From contig JAAFKI010000045.1 of NCBI GenBank assembly GCA_021399345.1, positions 51,228-115,227 on the forward strand: a DNA stretch of 64,000 nucleotides. The letters are read 5' to 3'. The stretch is from Candidatus Heimdallarchaeota archaeon. Its GTDB lineage: Archaea; Asgardarchaeota; Heimdallarchaeia; Heimdallarchaeales; Heimdallarchaeaceae. This document shows positions 35,843 through 45,711 of this stretch, piece by piece (the first letter of the stretch is position 1; every line of letters begins with the position of its first letter). The notes beneath the pieces were generated by a model. The model searched no databases and had not been told where the DNA came from. It saw only the letters and a list, made by a program, of their open reading frames with translations. Both the position numbers and the translations under genes were made by a program.

Positions 35843-36193
35843 CTAAAGCTTATCTAATTTCTGAAGTTTCATAATTTCGGGCATAGTAGCCTTAATTTTG
35901 AGTAATTTTCGCTGATAAGCTTTAAATCCAGAAAGTTGTCCAGTATTCATAGCAATAAAAGTATCAGTGCTCATCGAATACATAATATCAGGATTTTCTA
36001 GTTTCTCTTTCACTATTGGTTGAGGTTCTCCTTTCACCAACTCAATTACATAATGCTCATCAATATCTGTAAAGTGATATTGGAGTTTCTTAGACCATGT
36101 TTTGAAAAATTTAGCTACTTTTTCATTAGTATATTTAGCTTTTTGTGCTTCAAGAATTCTCATTACTTCATCTATGTCAGCCATTTTACTCAC
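35843..36193 (-). CDS. SCP2 sterol/lipid-carrier domain protein
   Basis: 116 aa. LQYHFTDIDEHYVIELVKGEP...MSTDTFIAMNTGQLSGFKAYQRKLLKIKATMPEIMKLQKL fits the SCP2 pattern (...G.l....af..GklkikG.m....kl). The start overlaps the fixX-like stop by 4 nt. Confidence 0.65.
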   Translation of the reverse strand: MSKMADIDEVMRILEAQKAKYTNEKVAKFFKTWSKKLQYHFTDIDEHYVIELVKGEPQPIVKEKLENPDIMYSMSTDTFIAMNTGQLSGFKAYQRKLLKIKATMPEIMKLQKLDKL

Positions 36194-36450
36194 CCATAGC
36201 TAAAGCGAACTCCAGTCCCACCTTTAGGTTCGCTGAAGTCAACAGCTTCATACTCGCAGACATTCCAACATGCACCACATTCTACACATTGTTTGAGATT
36301 TACTGGTCGGTAAATTGCACCATCTGGTTGCCAAACATCTCTTGTACAGAATTTTGCACACTCTCCACAGCCTACACAATTGTCTTCAATTACTTTAATG
36401 AACTCTCCAGTTTCTCCTGGATAATATTCTACTTTCATTTCAACTTTCAT
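36190..36450 (-). CDS. FixX-type ferredoxin-like protein
   Basis: CVGCGECAKFC and CVECGACWNVC clusters, plus the C-terminal EPKGGTGVRFSYG typical of FixX (yP.GG.GV.yr.G). It overlaps the upstream FixC-like gene by 4 nt. Confidence 0.75.
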   Translation of the reverse strand: MKVEMKVEYYPGETGEFIKVIEDNCVGCGECAKFCTRDVWQPDGAIYRPVNLKQCVECGACWNVCEYEAVDFSEPKGGTGVRFSYG

Positions 36451-37748
36451 TTGCTCTTCCTCTCATTGTATAAATTCTCAAAATCCGGATCAACTGCAGC
36501 ATAAGGTTGAATTAATTCTAGGAAATCATATGCTTCTTGGATTAGTTCAAAATTCTCCTCTTCAACACCCTTTAACCATTTAGTGTGTATTGCATTAGAG
36601 ATAAATCCTCCTCCAATAATTACTTGTTGCATCATTTGAGTAATTTCTTCATCTGTTTTGGTGAGAATGGATTCTTTGTTAACAGTTGCAATATGTCTGA
36701 ATGCTTGCATAAAGAAATTCTCGCCTATCAGTTCTTCATATCGCTCAGAGAGTTTTGCTTCTGAATGGTCTCCAGCTTCTATTGCTTCAGCTGCTGCTTT
36801 AGCAGCATAAATCCCAGTAAAGAATGCTTCAGGCATTCCTTCTCCAAGGAATGGAATCACAAATCCTCCTGCTTCTCCAGTCAATATCAACCCATTCCTA
36901 ACTCTTCTTTCAATTGCTTCATCGTACTCTAAGTGCAACCCCCATGAAGCTATCTCTCCTCCTTCAAGTTTCTTTTTGACTACTGGAAGATTCAAGAAAT
37001 TCTCCATATATTGATTCACATTTGGGAATTCATCATTAATTAGATTTTCATCCATATATCCTCCAGTGCCTACTGTAACTGTATCTTTCTTTGGAAAGAT
37101 CCATGGCCATGTTTTATATTGAATTCCTGGAGATAGGTAGTATTCGATGCAATCACCAAATCGCTCATTAATCACTTCTTCGCCCAATTTAACAGCTACA
37201 GTAACATACAAAATCATGTTCTGACCTTTTCGTTTAGGAATTAAACCTGCTTTACGACCAACAATTGAGTTGACACCCGCTGCATCAATGATTACTTTAC
37301 CATAGAATTTTTCTCCAGAGTCTGTTACAACTCCTTTGATGTAATCATCTTCTTCAATAATATCAACAACAGTTGTTGATAATTTAACTTCAGCTCCAGC
37401 TTTCCTAGCTTCTTCTGTATGCCAAGAATCTAGATGATCTCTTCTTACTGAAAGCAGAAGAATTCCTTTTGATGGTATTTCATGAAAAACTGTTGTTCTA
37501 TCACTATTGATGTGATAAGTTCGCATTTCTCTTATTGTTCTTTCTACTGGACATTCCACAATGTAGTTTAGATCTGGTTCAAGAAGAGCAGCACCGTTTA
37601 AGCAGGTACCTGAAACATTTTTCTCACCTGGAACTTGTGATTTTTCTAGTATTAGAACCTTCAAACCAAGTTCTGCAGCTTTTTTTGCAGCTGCTGGTCC
37701 AGCACAGCCAGCTCCAACTACAATAACGTCATATTCATTATCGTTCAT
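36447..37748 (-). CDS. FAD-dependent oxidoreductase, FixC/ETF-QO-like (geranylgeranyl reductase superfamily)
   Basis: Rossmann motif YDVIVVGAGCAGPAAAKKAAELGLKVLILEK, then VIIDAAGVNSIVGRKAGL and LTGEAGGFVIPFLGEGM. I prefer the ATG at 37748 (MNDNEYDV...). Confidence 0.75.
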   Translation of the reverse strand: MNDNEYDVIVVGAGCAGPAAAKKAAELGLKVLILEKSQVPGEKNVSGTCLNGAALLEPDLNYIVECPVERTIREMRTYHINSDRTTVFHEIPSKGILLLSVRRDHLDSWHTEEARKAGAEVKLSTTVVDIIEEDDYIKGVVTDSGEKFYGKVIIDAAGVNSIVGRKAGLIPKRKGQNMILYVTVAVKLGEEVINERFGDCIEYYLSPGIQYKTWPWIFPKKDTVTVGTGGYMDENLINDEFPNVNQYMENFLNLPVVKKKLEGGEIASWGLHLEYDEAIERRVRNGLILTGEAGGFVIPFLGEGMPEAFFTGIYAAKAAAEAIEAGDHSEAKLSERYEELIGENFFMQAFRHIATVNKESILTKTDEEITQMMQQVIIGGGFISNAIHTKWLKGVEEENFELIQEAYDFLELIQPYAAVDPDFENLYNERKSK

Positions 37749-37942
37749 GCTATTTTTTTCCTCCTTAAAGATGAGCAACAAAATTCTTGCTCATTTAAGT
37801 GGTTTTACACAGCTTGGGCACTGAAAGTGTCTTTCTTAAATCTTTACCCACTCTATCTAACGCGTATTTGAAAATACATTTACATTTTTTTAGAAATATA
37901 AAAAAACTATAGATAAACAGAAACATAGAAATAACAAAGAGT

Positions 37943-39142
37943 ATGAAAAATCTTATGGATATTAATGAATTCAAACAACTTCTCATTGATGAAGCTAAAG
38001 AAATAGAAGATTATGTAATTGAAAAACGAAGGCATTTTCACATGTATCCGGAAACAGGATATGAAGAAGAAAAAACTTCGGCTCTAGTTGAGCAGGAACT
38101 AGTGAAGATAGGGTATGATATTCAAAAAACTGCCAAAACTGGTATAATTGCTACATTTGATTCTGGAAAAGAGGGAAGGGTTATCGCTTTAAGAGCTGAT
38201 ATTGATGCACTCAATGTAACTGAAGATAGCGATAAACCTTATTGTAGTAAAATTCCAGGAAAGATGCATGCATGTGGTCACGATGCTCACACAGCTATGT
38301 TACTTGGAGCAGCTCATATTATCTACAAATATAAAGATAAACTAACAGGTAAAATTAAGCTGGTCTTCCAACCCGCAGAGGAAGGTTTTGGTGGAGCAAA
38401 AAAAATAGTTGAAGAAGGCCATATTTCAGATGTCGATCAGATATTTGGTATTCATGTGTGGAGAGAAGAACAAAGTGGAACTATTGCAACCAGAAAAGGA
38501 CCATTCCTCGCTTCTTCTGATCAATTCATAATTAAGATTAAGGGAAAAGGTGGTCATGCAGCAGCACCCCATCAAACCTTTGATCCAACAGCAGTACTTG
38601 TTGATATCTATAATGCAATACAAAAGATAGTGAGTCGAGAGATTGATCCTCTGGAAAAAGCTGTTATTTCAATACCAATGTTAGAGGGTAGTGATGCCCA
38701 CAATATTATTCCCTCCACCGCAAGATTAGAAGGAACTTTCCGTACTTTCAGTAATGAAGTAAGAAACCACATTATGAAAAGAATACAAGAGATAGTTGAA
38801 GGTTATAGCAATGCTTGGAGATGTGAAGGAGCAGTAGAATTTGAAATAGGTGGAATATATTATCCACCAACGATCAACAATGATGACAGCGTTGACGATG
38901 TAATTGAGATTCTAAGACCACTTGATGAAGTTCAAGAAGTTGATTTAACTATGGGTGGAGAGGATTTTGCTTTCTATCTTAATGAAACTAAAGGTGCATT
39001 TATTGCTCTTGGAATATATAATGAAGAAAAAGGAATAATTCATCCCCATCATCATCCAAAATTTGATGTTGATGAAGATATTTTATGGAAAGGAACAGCA
39101 ATTTATTCAATATTAGCTTTTTACAATTTATTCAAAAATTAG
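37943..39142 (+). CDS. M20D-family amidohydrolase (N-acyl-amino-acid / hippurate hydrolase-like)
   Basis: RRHFHMYPETGYEE, ALRADIDAL, MHACGHDAHTAMLLGAA, FQPAEEGFGGAKK, GKGGHAAAPH, GGEDFAFY. Confidence 0.8.
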   Translation: MKNLMDINEFKQLLIDEAKEIEDYVIEKRRHFHMYPETGYEEEKTSALVEQELVKIGYDIQKTAKTGIIATFDSGKEGRVIALRADIDALNVTEDSDKPYCSKIPGKMHACGHDAHTAMLLGAAHIIYKYKDKLTGKIKLVFQPAEEGFGGAKKIVEEGHISDVDQIFGIHVWREEQSGTIATRKGPFLASSDQFIIKIKGKGGHAAAPHQTFDPTAVLVDIYNAIQKIVSREIDPLEKAVISIPMLEGSDAHNIIPSTARLEGTFRTFSNEVRNHIMKRIQEIVEGYSNAWRCEGAVEFEIGGIYYPPTINNDDSVDDVIEILRPLDEVQEVDLTMGGEDFAFYLNETKGAFIALGIYNEEKGIIHPHHHPKFDVDEDILWKGTAIYSILAFYNLFKN

Positions 39143-39199
39143 GAAGCTCTTTCCTTTTTTTTGAAAAACCTTTTTAATCTTATAATCTTACATAAAGGC

Positions 39200-40105
39200 A
39201 TGTTTCACATTTGGAACAGACGTCGATTAATTGCAATTCAAACTTTGTTCCTTTCGCTATTGTTAATTGTGCAGGCTAAAGCTGATTTCGGCTATGCTTA
39301 TTCATCAAATATAGCTGTAGGAGACACAATGAGCTGGGAATTAGTGTATTTTTATAAAGATATGCCAGGTTATCCAGATGGATTTTACGTTACTGATGGT
39401 TATTATATTCCAGAAGATACTATTATTTCAATAGAGGTTGTTGAACATCCGAATGATGTCTATTACAATTTACCTTCTCTTTTGTGGAATACTACAACTA
39501 ACTGGTATAACTTATACATAGATGATACTCTTGAAACCCTATATATCTCAGAAGATTCTCTAATGACTTTAGGTTTTCTAAAACTTCCATATCTTTCTCC
39601 CGTAATGCATCAAGGAAATAATGCTTTTCAAGAGATATATAATCAAGAATCGGAATTTAACCATACCAGTACTGGAACTCTCGATGAAACAAGTGAGTTC
39701 CCGATAAACTATATTCGATCAGAACTTTATGAAAGTTCTATAAACAGTTCCATGTTTTACGCACACTCAACATTTATCTACGACAGAACCCAAGTGATTT
39801 CAGAAAATCTAACATATAGATGGTTATGGAAAGAAAAGTATGGTATAGCTTTTGATCAGAATACAGGAATTTTATTAAGACAAGATCAAACAACACTGAA
39901 TGCATCACAAATAATTGAGAAACACGAAATTAGTACTAGTATAACGACAAGTTATGATTGGTTTAATTCAATTCTTGAAAGCAATTATACAGTTATTCCT
40001 ACAACCGATTCTTCAGGTTTCTTGGTCTCTGTTGAAATAATATCAATATATTTACTACTAGGTTTAAGAGAAATATATATAAGAAGCAAAAGGAAAAAAT
40101 TGTGA
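39200..40105 (+). CDS. secreted hypothetical protein with C-terminal TM anchor + basic tail
   Basis: The ATG at 39200 gives the signal-like N-terminus MFHIWNRRRLIAIQTLFLSLLLIVQAKA. Tyr/Asn/Thr-rich with sequons. It ends GFLVSVEIISIYLLLGLREIYIRSKRKKL. Confidence 0.45.
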   Translation: MFHIWNRRRLIAIQTLFLSLLLIVQAKADFGYAYSSNIAVGDTMSWELVYFYKDMPGYPDGFYVTDGYYIPEDTIISIEVVEHPNDVYYNLPSLLWNTTTNWYNLYIDDTLETLYISEDSLMTLGFLKLPYLSPVMHQGNNAFQEIYNQESEFNHTSTGTLDETSEFPINYIRSELYESSINSSMFYAHSTFIYDRTQVISENLTYRWLWKEKYGIAFDQNTGILLRQDQTTLNASQIIEKHEISTSITTSYDWFNSILESNYTVIPTTDSSGFLVSVEIISIYLLLGLREIYIRSKRKKL

Positions 40106-40136
40106 TGCAATAAAGAGAAACCTCAGAGAGAGTAAG

Positions 40137-40163
40137 GTAAGACCTCTGTGTCTTACACTTTTT
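40137..40163 (+). terminator. hairpin (GTAAGAC-N6-GTCTTAC) followed by a T5 run
   Basis: The 7-bp perfect stem is at 40137-40143 / 40150-40156, then acTTTTTc. It lies 32 nt downstream of the stop of the 39200-40105 gene. Confidence 0.35.
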
Positions 40164-40423
40164 CATTATTTTCCCACTCTCTAAAATTTAGAATTTTTAC
40201 AACCCACAAACCTATCTAGAACAATTTTTTGGAGATAAAAATTGCAAAACCTTGTTACAAGGTCGTCTTACTATTTTTTTCACACCTTTTTCACAAAGTC
40301 ATCTTTAACGTAAGGTGTATTATGAGAAGGTGGCAACTTCTGTTTTTCTCGAAACTAACAGTTACGGAACTTTAAAGAGCAAGATATATATATTCCCCAG
40401 TACTAGATTCTAATAAGTAAAAG

Positions 40424-40864
40424 ATGGGGATAAATATGAGTAAAGAGGTCACAACAGGCAAGGTAAGAGATTTAATTGAGAAGTATACTCAAAAACCAAG
40501 TCAAGATAATGCTATGAAACTTGGTAGGGCTATAGCAACTGATAATTCACCTATAGAAGTTAAGAAATGGCGTTTTAGAATGGCACTGGATGTTGTTACC
40601 CCAGATATGTCAGTTTATTCTACACTCAAGGCATGGTCATCTATTACAATGTTAGAAGATAACTTGCCTTCAAGTATGAAAATAACAACTGTCAAGGAAA
40701 TGTTAAAAAATCCAGATCTTCAAACAGATGTTTTGGATGAAATCCTGCAAAACATATTTAGTAGAAAAGAAATTCCCCGAGATTTGTTGAATTACTTAGC
40801 ACCAGAGTTTAAAAAAGCTTCAAGAATTTCAGAAGAACTAAAATCCTATGTAAATAATAAATAA
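40424..40864 (+). CDS. hypothetical protein
   Basis: 146-aa ORF (alternative ATG at 40436). Helical appearance, no motif recognised. Confidence 0.4.
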   Translation: MGINMSKEVTTGKVRDLIEKYTQKPSQDNAMKLGRAIATDNSPIEVKKWRFRMALDVVTPDMSVYSTLKAWSSITMLEDNLPSSMKITTVKEMLKNPDLQTDVLDEILQNIFSRKEIPRDLLNYLAPEFKKASRISEELKSYVNNK

Positions 40865-40882
40865 ATTGCTTGAATTGATATT

Positions 40883-41680
40883 TCAAGTTTTTTTAATTGA
40901 ATAGATTTCAGAGAATGTCCTTGCTATATTTTTAATCATCCCATGGCTGATGCCATATTGTAAGAATTGATAATTCTGTATTTCTAACGCTAAAATATTT
41001 TCAAACTTCTTTAAATTCAGCTCTTCAGAAAATTTGACTGTTGCTTGTTCAAAACATATTTGAATTTCTTCATCAGTTAAAGCTTCTAATCTCCAAAGAA
41101 TTAAACATCTCGAGAGATAGAGACTAAGTTCATCAATATTTCTTAACTTCTGCTTTTCATTTTGAGAAAATAGATAAAATAATATTGATCCTATTCTAAA
41201 CATTTCGTTAATTTTTTGTGGAAATCTTGTTTGGTGATTTATAACTTCAAAAAGCTCTTTGAATGACTTAATTCTTTCAATATATTCATCTTGTAAGGTT
41301 ACGTCCTGTTCCAAGCATTCTAATTTAAAATCACATAACATTTGATGAAATTCGGTGATTTCGCTAGTAACATAGTCTGGAATTTCTTTACCTAAGGGAT
41401 ATTCACGAGCAAGGTAGAATAATTTATGGAGAACTCCACTGATATAATTTAGTAAATTTGGACTCGAGTTAGTATTTTGTGACCATATCTCGGTAAGGAA
41501 TTCTATCAATATACTATATTGTGTATGAATATTGACATTATCTACTAAGAGATCAGTAAGAAATTCTGCAGATAGTTGACTAAGATTATCTCTTACTAAT
41601 AGTAAGGATTTTGATGATAAACCGTTCTCATAAACTTGGTCGTATATTTCATCTTCTATATCTATCATATGTACTAACAA
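40883..41680 (-). CDS. hypothetical helical protein
   Basis: 265-aa ORF rich in Leu/Glu/Ile. No motif recognised. Confidence 0.4.
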   Translation of the reverse strand: MLVHMIDIEDEIYDQVYENGLSSKSLLLVRDNLSQLSAEFLTDLLVDNVNIHTQYSILIEFLTEIWSQNTNSSPNLLNYISGVLHKLFYLAREYPLGKEIPDYVTSEITEFHQMLCDFKLECLEQDVTLQDEYIERIKSFKELFEVINHQTRFPQKINEMFRIGSILFYLFSQNEKQKLRNIDELSLYLSRCLILWRLEALTDEEIQICFEQATVKFSEELNLKKFENILALEIQNYQFLQYGISHGMIKNIARTFSEIYSIKKT

Positions 41681-41783
41681 GCCTAAGTCTTCTATTTATT
41701 ATTGTGGTTAGACAAATATTGCCTTTTTTACAAAGAATAGAATTTCACCAAAATGCTTTTGTAGTTACTCCAGATTTTTACAC

Positions 41784-43007
41784 ATGGATTTCTCTATCTT
41801 CATTCCTACGATAGAGATAGGACCTCCTTACGTTGGACCTATGGCGGGGCTTCGTAGGTATGCTTATTCATTAGTACAATCATTAGCGAACCAAGGGATA
41901 GACATCTATGTTGCAACCACAACAAAACTGTCTTCTGATGATGAATTATTGAAAAGAGAAAATATCCATTTTTATTATCTTCCTGAGCAGATTTCTGCTA
42001 GAGGAGCCTATAGTACTTTAACACATTTCCATGCTAAAAACCATCGAAGTTTCTCAAAGCAAGCGTTTGATGTATACACCGAACTGAGTTCAGAAGTTGA
42101 CATAGCCTTGATTCATGCGACTGAAGTAGCAGCATCTTATTTTGCTAAAGCTAAAAAAAGGAATCAAATCAAAATACCTCTAGTTGTTTCCGTACATGGA
42201 GCAGTAACAATTGGTAATTTAAAATCAAGAATGTGGGTAAAACGACCATATTCTAGACTTCTTAGACGAATTGTGAAACACTGTGATAATATAGTAACAA
42301 CGTCAGTTTCTTTATTAGAAAAAATTAAGAGATTATCAAAAAGTATGAAAGAGAAAGTAATAATTGTACCCCACTCACTAAATTGTAAAACTTTCTCACA
42401 AATTTCAAAACTTGAGGATTTAGAATCCTTTAGAGACAAATATGATGTTGATCAAGGAAAATCCATTGTTTTAATGCAGGGTCCGTATATCAACAGAAAA
42501 TCCCAACACAAAGTGGTTAAATTTTTCCCTGAGATACTTAAAAGAAATGCAAAAATTATATTTCTAGTTGTTGGGGATGGCCCCCTTCTGTCAAAAATAA
42601 AAGAAGATGTAGTAAATCTTGGGATTGAAGATTCAGTTATAATAACGGGATATATTGATGATAAAGAGCTCCTATTGGCGTTTCATATAAGTGCCGTTCT
42701 TCTTTATCCCGCTGAAGAAGGTAGTTTTGGTACTCCACTTATTGAAGCTATGGCTTCTGGATTGCCTGTGATAGCAGTTGATAAACCTCCAATGAATGAG
42801 ATGATACCCCCTAATTGTGATTGGTTATATCCTGCAAATGATGAAGTTGCTTTAGTTGACAAGGTATTGGGTATAATTAAAAATAAAGAGAAAATCCAGG
42901 AAGTTGCTTTCAAATCACAAAAACACGCTCTTAAAAAATTTGATTATCCTGTAGTAGGAAAAAATTTACTAAAGGCATATACTAAAATCATTAAGGAATC
43001 AAAATGA
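41784..43007 (+). CDS. GT4-family (group 1) glycosyltransferase
   Basis: N-terminal GGLRRYAYSLVQSLANQGIDIYV, and the C-terminal EX7E region PAEEGSFGTPLIEAMASGLPVIAVD. Confidence 0.8.
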   Translation: MDFSIFIPTIEIGPPYVGPMAGLRRYAYSLVQSLANQGIDIYVATTTKLSSDDELLKRENIHFYYLPEQISARGAYSTLTHFHAKNHRSFSKQAFDVYTELSSEVDIALIHATEVAASYFAKAKKRNQIKIPLVVSVHGAVTIGNLKSRMWVKRPYSRLLRRIVKHCDNIVTTSVSLLEKIKRLSKSMKEKVIIVPHSLNCKTFSQISKLEDLESFRDKYDVDQGKSIVLMQGPYINRKSQHKVVKFFPEILKRNAKIIFLVVGDGPLLSKIKEDVVNLGIEDSVIITGYIDDKELLLAFHISAVLLYPAEEGSFGTPLIEAMASGLPVIAVDKPPMNEMIPPNCDWLYPANDEVALVDKVLGIIKNKEKIQEVAFKSQKHALKKFDYPVVGKNLLKAYTKIIKESK

Positions 43008-43109
43008 TTTTGTACTAAAATTTGGTTGAGGAATTCTCTTCTCATCTTTGTTAAAATATACTTAAATACAGGTAAATGAATGATTAGTACATTAAATTGG
43101 TGTAAGTAA

Positions 43110-43667
43110 ATGTCCAAAAAATATTTTTGCCCAAATTGTGGAACTTCTGCGGGTCAAGAAGATAAATTTTGTTTAAATTGTGGAAAAAAAATAGGGCAGG
43201 ATTCAGCTCCATCTCCGAAAGCTCAAAAACCTGAATATGAAGCACCCGCTCAACAACAAGCTCCATATGTTCCACCTCAACCTTATGCACAACCACAACA
43301 ACATGCTCCCGCTCAAATGTCAGTATCTACTGGTGGCATCCCTAAGCACGCATACCCTCAGCTAAGAGCTAGTTATGGTGATAGGTTCGTAGCTTATATT
43401 GTTGATTATTGTATGTCTGCTTTCTGTCCACCTCTAGGGTGTTTAAGAGACATTGTTCCTGAAACCGGTAAAGGTTTTGGAAAATCAATGATGAAACTCA
43501 TGGTGGTTGATTATGATACAGGTTTACCAATTACAGCAGGGCAAGCATGTGTTCGAACATTATGTTTTATTAGCGTAATAGATGTTTTTATGCCTTTATG
43601 TAATGATGATGGTAGAAGAATTGGAGATTTCATAGCTAATACAATAGTACTAGAAGATAGAAACTAA
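43110..43667 (+). CDS. double-zinc-ribbon protein with P/Q-rich linker and RDD-like C-terminal domain
   Basis: FCPNCGTSAGQEDKFCLNCGKKIG, then the low-complexity stretch QQQAPYVPPQPYAQPQQHAPAQ. RASYGDRFVAYIVDY ... GRRIGDFIANTIVL resembles the start and end of RDD domains, but without obvious TM helices. Confidence 0.5.
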   Translation: MSKKYFCPNCGTSAGQEDKFCLNCGKKIGQDSAPSPKAQKPEYEAPAQQQAPYVPPQPYAQPQQHAPAQMSVSTGGIPKHAYPQLRASYGDRFVAYIVDYCMSAFCPPLGCLRDIVPETGKGFGKSMMKLMVVDYDTGLPITAGQACVRTLCFISVIDVFMPLCNDDGRRIGDFIANTIVLEDRN

Positions 43668-43701
43668 CTTGTTGCATATCTAATATATTGATGATGGAAA
43701 A

Positions 43702-45711
43702 ATGTTTAACTATTTAGCTGAAGAACTTCAAAAAATGTTTAAAGATCATGATTACACCAGCATTATCAAGTTAGCTCATAGAGAATTAAATCAAGAAATG
43801 AGTAACATAGATAAAAAAAACTATTATTTTGTTTTAGCGAAGGCACATTATTTTTTAGGTGAAAATAAGCAAGCTTTTGAGAATATTAAAGAAGCCATAG
43901 AAATCCTAGAAGTACATCAGTTTCCTCAGAAAGAGGTATTTGATGTAAAAATAGAATATGCCAAGATTCTAAGACGCATAGGTGAAAAAAAACAATCTAT
44001 GGAGGTTTATTCTGAATTACTTGAACTTCATGAATCTTCACTCAACGATGATACTAGAGCTATAATATATCATAATTTAGCTAATCTCCACATGGAACAG
44101 GGAAATTTTGAGGAGAGTAAGAAACTCTTTCAGATGGCATTATCTATAGATCAAATTTATAAAAATGAAGAAGGTCAAGCACACACATATTCTAGTTTGG
44201 GGGGGGTGCATTTCTATCTTGGTGAGTATGATGAAGCTATAAACTATTATCTCAAAAGTCTAAATTTGAGAAAACAAACTAAAAATATACTAGGAGAAGC
44301 TACAGTTTCTCTAAATCTTGGTTCTATATATGCAAATCAGCTTAACGAGGAACTTGCCAACGAATTTCTGATTAAAGCAGAAGAAATTTTCAAGGAAATT
44401 GATCATGAGAAAGGATTCCACAGCGTACTCAATACTAAAGCAAGATTGAATTATAGTCTTAGGAAGTATGATCAGGTAATAACTAATCTGGAATATTTAG
44501 AAACCAAGGAAAAAGAGGACATTGCTAGAGCTCATATTTCTCTTATTGGAATTTTTGCTGAAGCACTAATAAAAGAAAAACAAGTTATCAAAGCAAGAAA
44601 CATGATAAATCTGGGAATTGATGGTATTCATCGTTTGACACAAGGAAAATTTGTTGAGATGTTAGTAGATTATGGAAAATTAAAACAGATGCTTAGCCAG
44701 GTAGCTGTAGTTCAAAACAAGCTAGATGAAGCACTAGAGATTCTGAATGAGCTTGAGGAAATAGGAGAAGAAATAAAAGACAAGCGAAGTCTTATTGCAA
44801 TTTACCATTCTAAAGCTCAAATATATCTTAGGTTAGGCAATCATAAACAAGCTACAATATTTGCAGAACAAGGAAGGGATTTAGCAGTTAAATACAAAGA
44901 TTCTGCCATAGTAGAGCTATTGGATTTGCTCTTTGAGATATACCTTTTACAAGGAGATTTTCGTGAATGTAATAAAGTTTTGAAGAGTATATCTAGATAT
45001 GTTCAAGTAAAGAATAAACAGAGATACTCACTTATTCTTCGAACTTTCCATTTATTAGAAAATATTAAATTAAAAAACATGAAGGATGAATTTTCTGTTT
45101 TATTGAATTTTTCAGAAATTGAACATTCTCTGTATATTCTACAAGAGACATTAAATAATATTCTAAATTTTTCTTCGACTGAAAAAAAAGAAGAAATGCT
45201 TGAACATATGTGTGTTAGAATAAAAAAAGATACAAAAGAAATCAATTCAAAAAATGAAGATAATCCTCCTTTAGAAGAGGTGATTGCGGTCTTATCTTCT
45301 GATAACAAGAAATTGAGTGATTTATCTATAGCAGAACTACTTACCTTACTAGATTCAATTTTTTTCAGCATAAAATACAAATATATCTCAATAGAATATC
45401 TTCAGAAAATCGATTGGGCGGAAAAACTCCCATTAGATTTTCAGTTTATAATTAAACAAAAACAATTAATTCTTACGGAATTATTAAAAAAGCATTTTAA
45501 TCCCATAAATGTAACATTTGGTAATCAGCTCTTAGAACAAAAGTTTAATCAGATGTTTACAAGAATGAGTGTTAAAATAACAGAATTTCAAGACAAGATC
45601 AGCGAAGAGAACTTGCTAATACTACTATATTTGATAAGTAGTATTGTCATAAATACATTATATGTAATATATTTAAGTGATAGAGATGAAGCAGAAAGAA
45701 AAAATGTCTAG
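43702..45711 (+). CDS. TPR-repeat protein
   Basis: Reiterated 34-aa TPR-like units, for example YHNLANLHMEQGNFEESKKLFQMALSI, YSSLGGVHFYLGEYDEAINYYLKSLNL, SLNLGSIYANQLNEELANEFLIKAEEI. Confidence 0.7.
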   Translation: MFNYLAEELQKMFKDHDYTSIIKLAHRELNQEMSNIDKKNYYFVLAKAHYFLGENKQAFENIKEAIEILEVHQFPQKEVFDVKIEYAKILRRIGEKKQSMEVYSELLELHESSLNDDTRAIIYHNLANLHMEQGNFEESKKLFQMALSIDQIYKNEEGQAHTYSSLGGVHFYLGEYDEAINYYLKSLNLRKQTKNILGEATVSLNLGSIYANQLNEELANEFLIKAEEIFKEIDHEKGFHSVLNTKARLNYSLRKYDQVITNLEYLETKEKEDIARAHISLIGIFAEALIKEKQVIKARNMINLGIDGIHRLTQGKFVEMLVDYGKLKQMLSQVAVVQNKLDEALEILNELEEIGEEIKDKRSLIAIYHSKAQIYLRLGNHKQATIFAEQGRDLAVKYKDSAIVELLDLLFEIYLLQGDFRECNKVLKSISRYVQVKNKQRYSLILRTFHLLENIKLKNMKDEFSVLLNFSEIEHSLYILQETLNNILNFSSTEKKEEMLEHMCVRIKKDTKEINSKNEDNPPLEEVIAVLSSDNKKLSDLSIAELLTLLDSIFFSIKYKYISIEYLQKIDWAEKLPLDFQFIIKQKQLILTELLKKHFNPINVTFGNQLLEQKFNQMFTRMSVKITEFQDKISEENLLILLYLISSIVINTLYVIYLSDRDEAERKNV

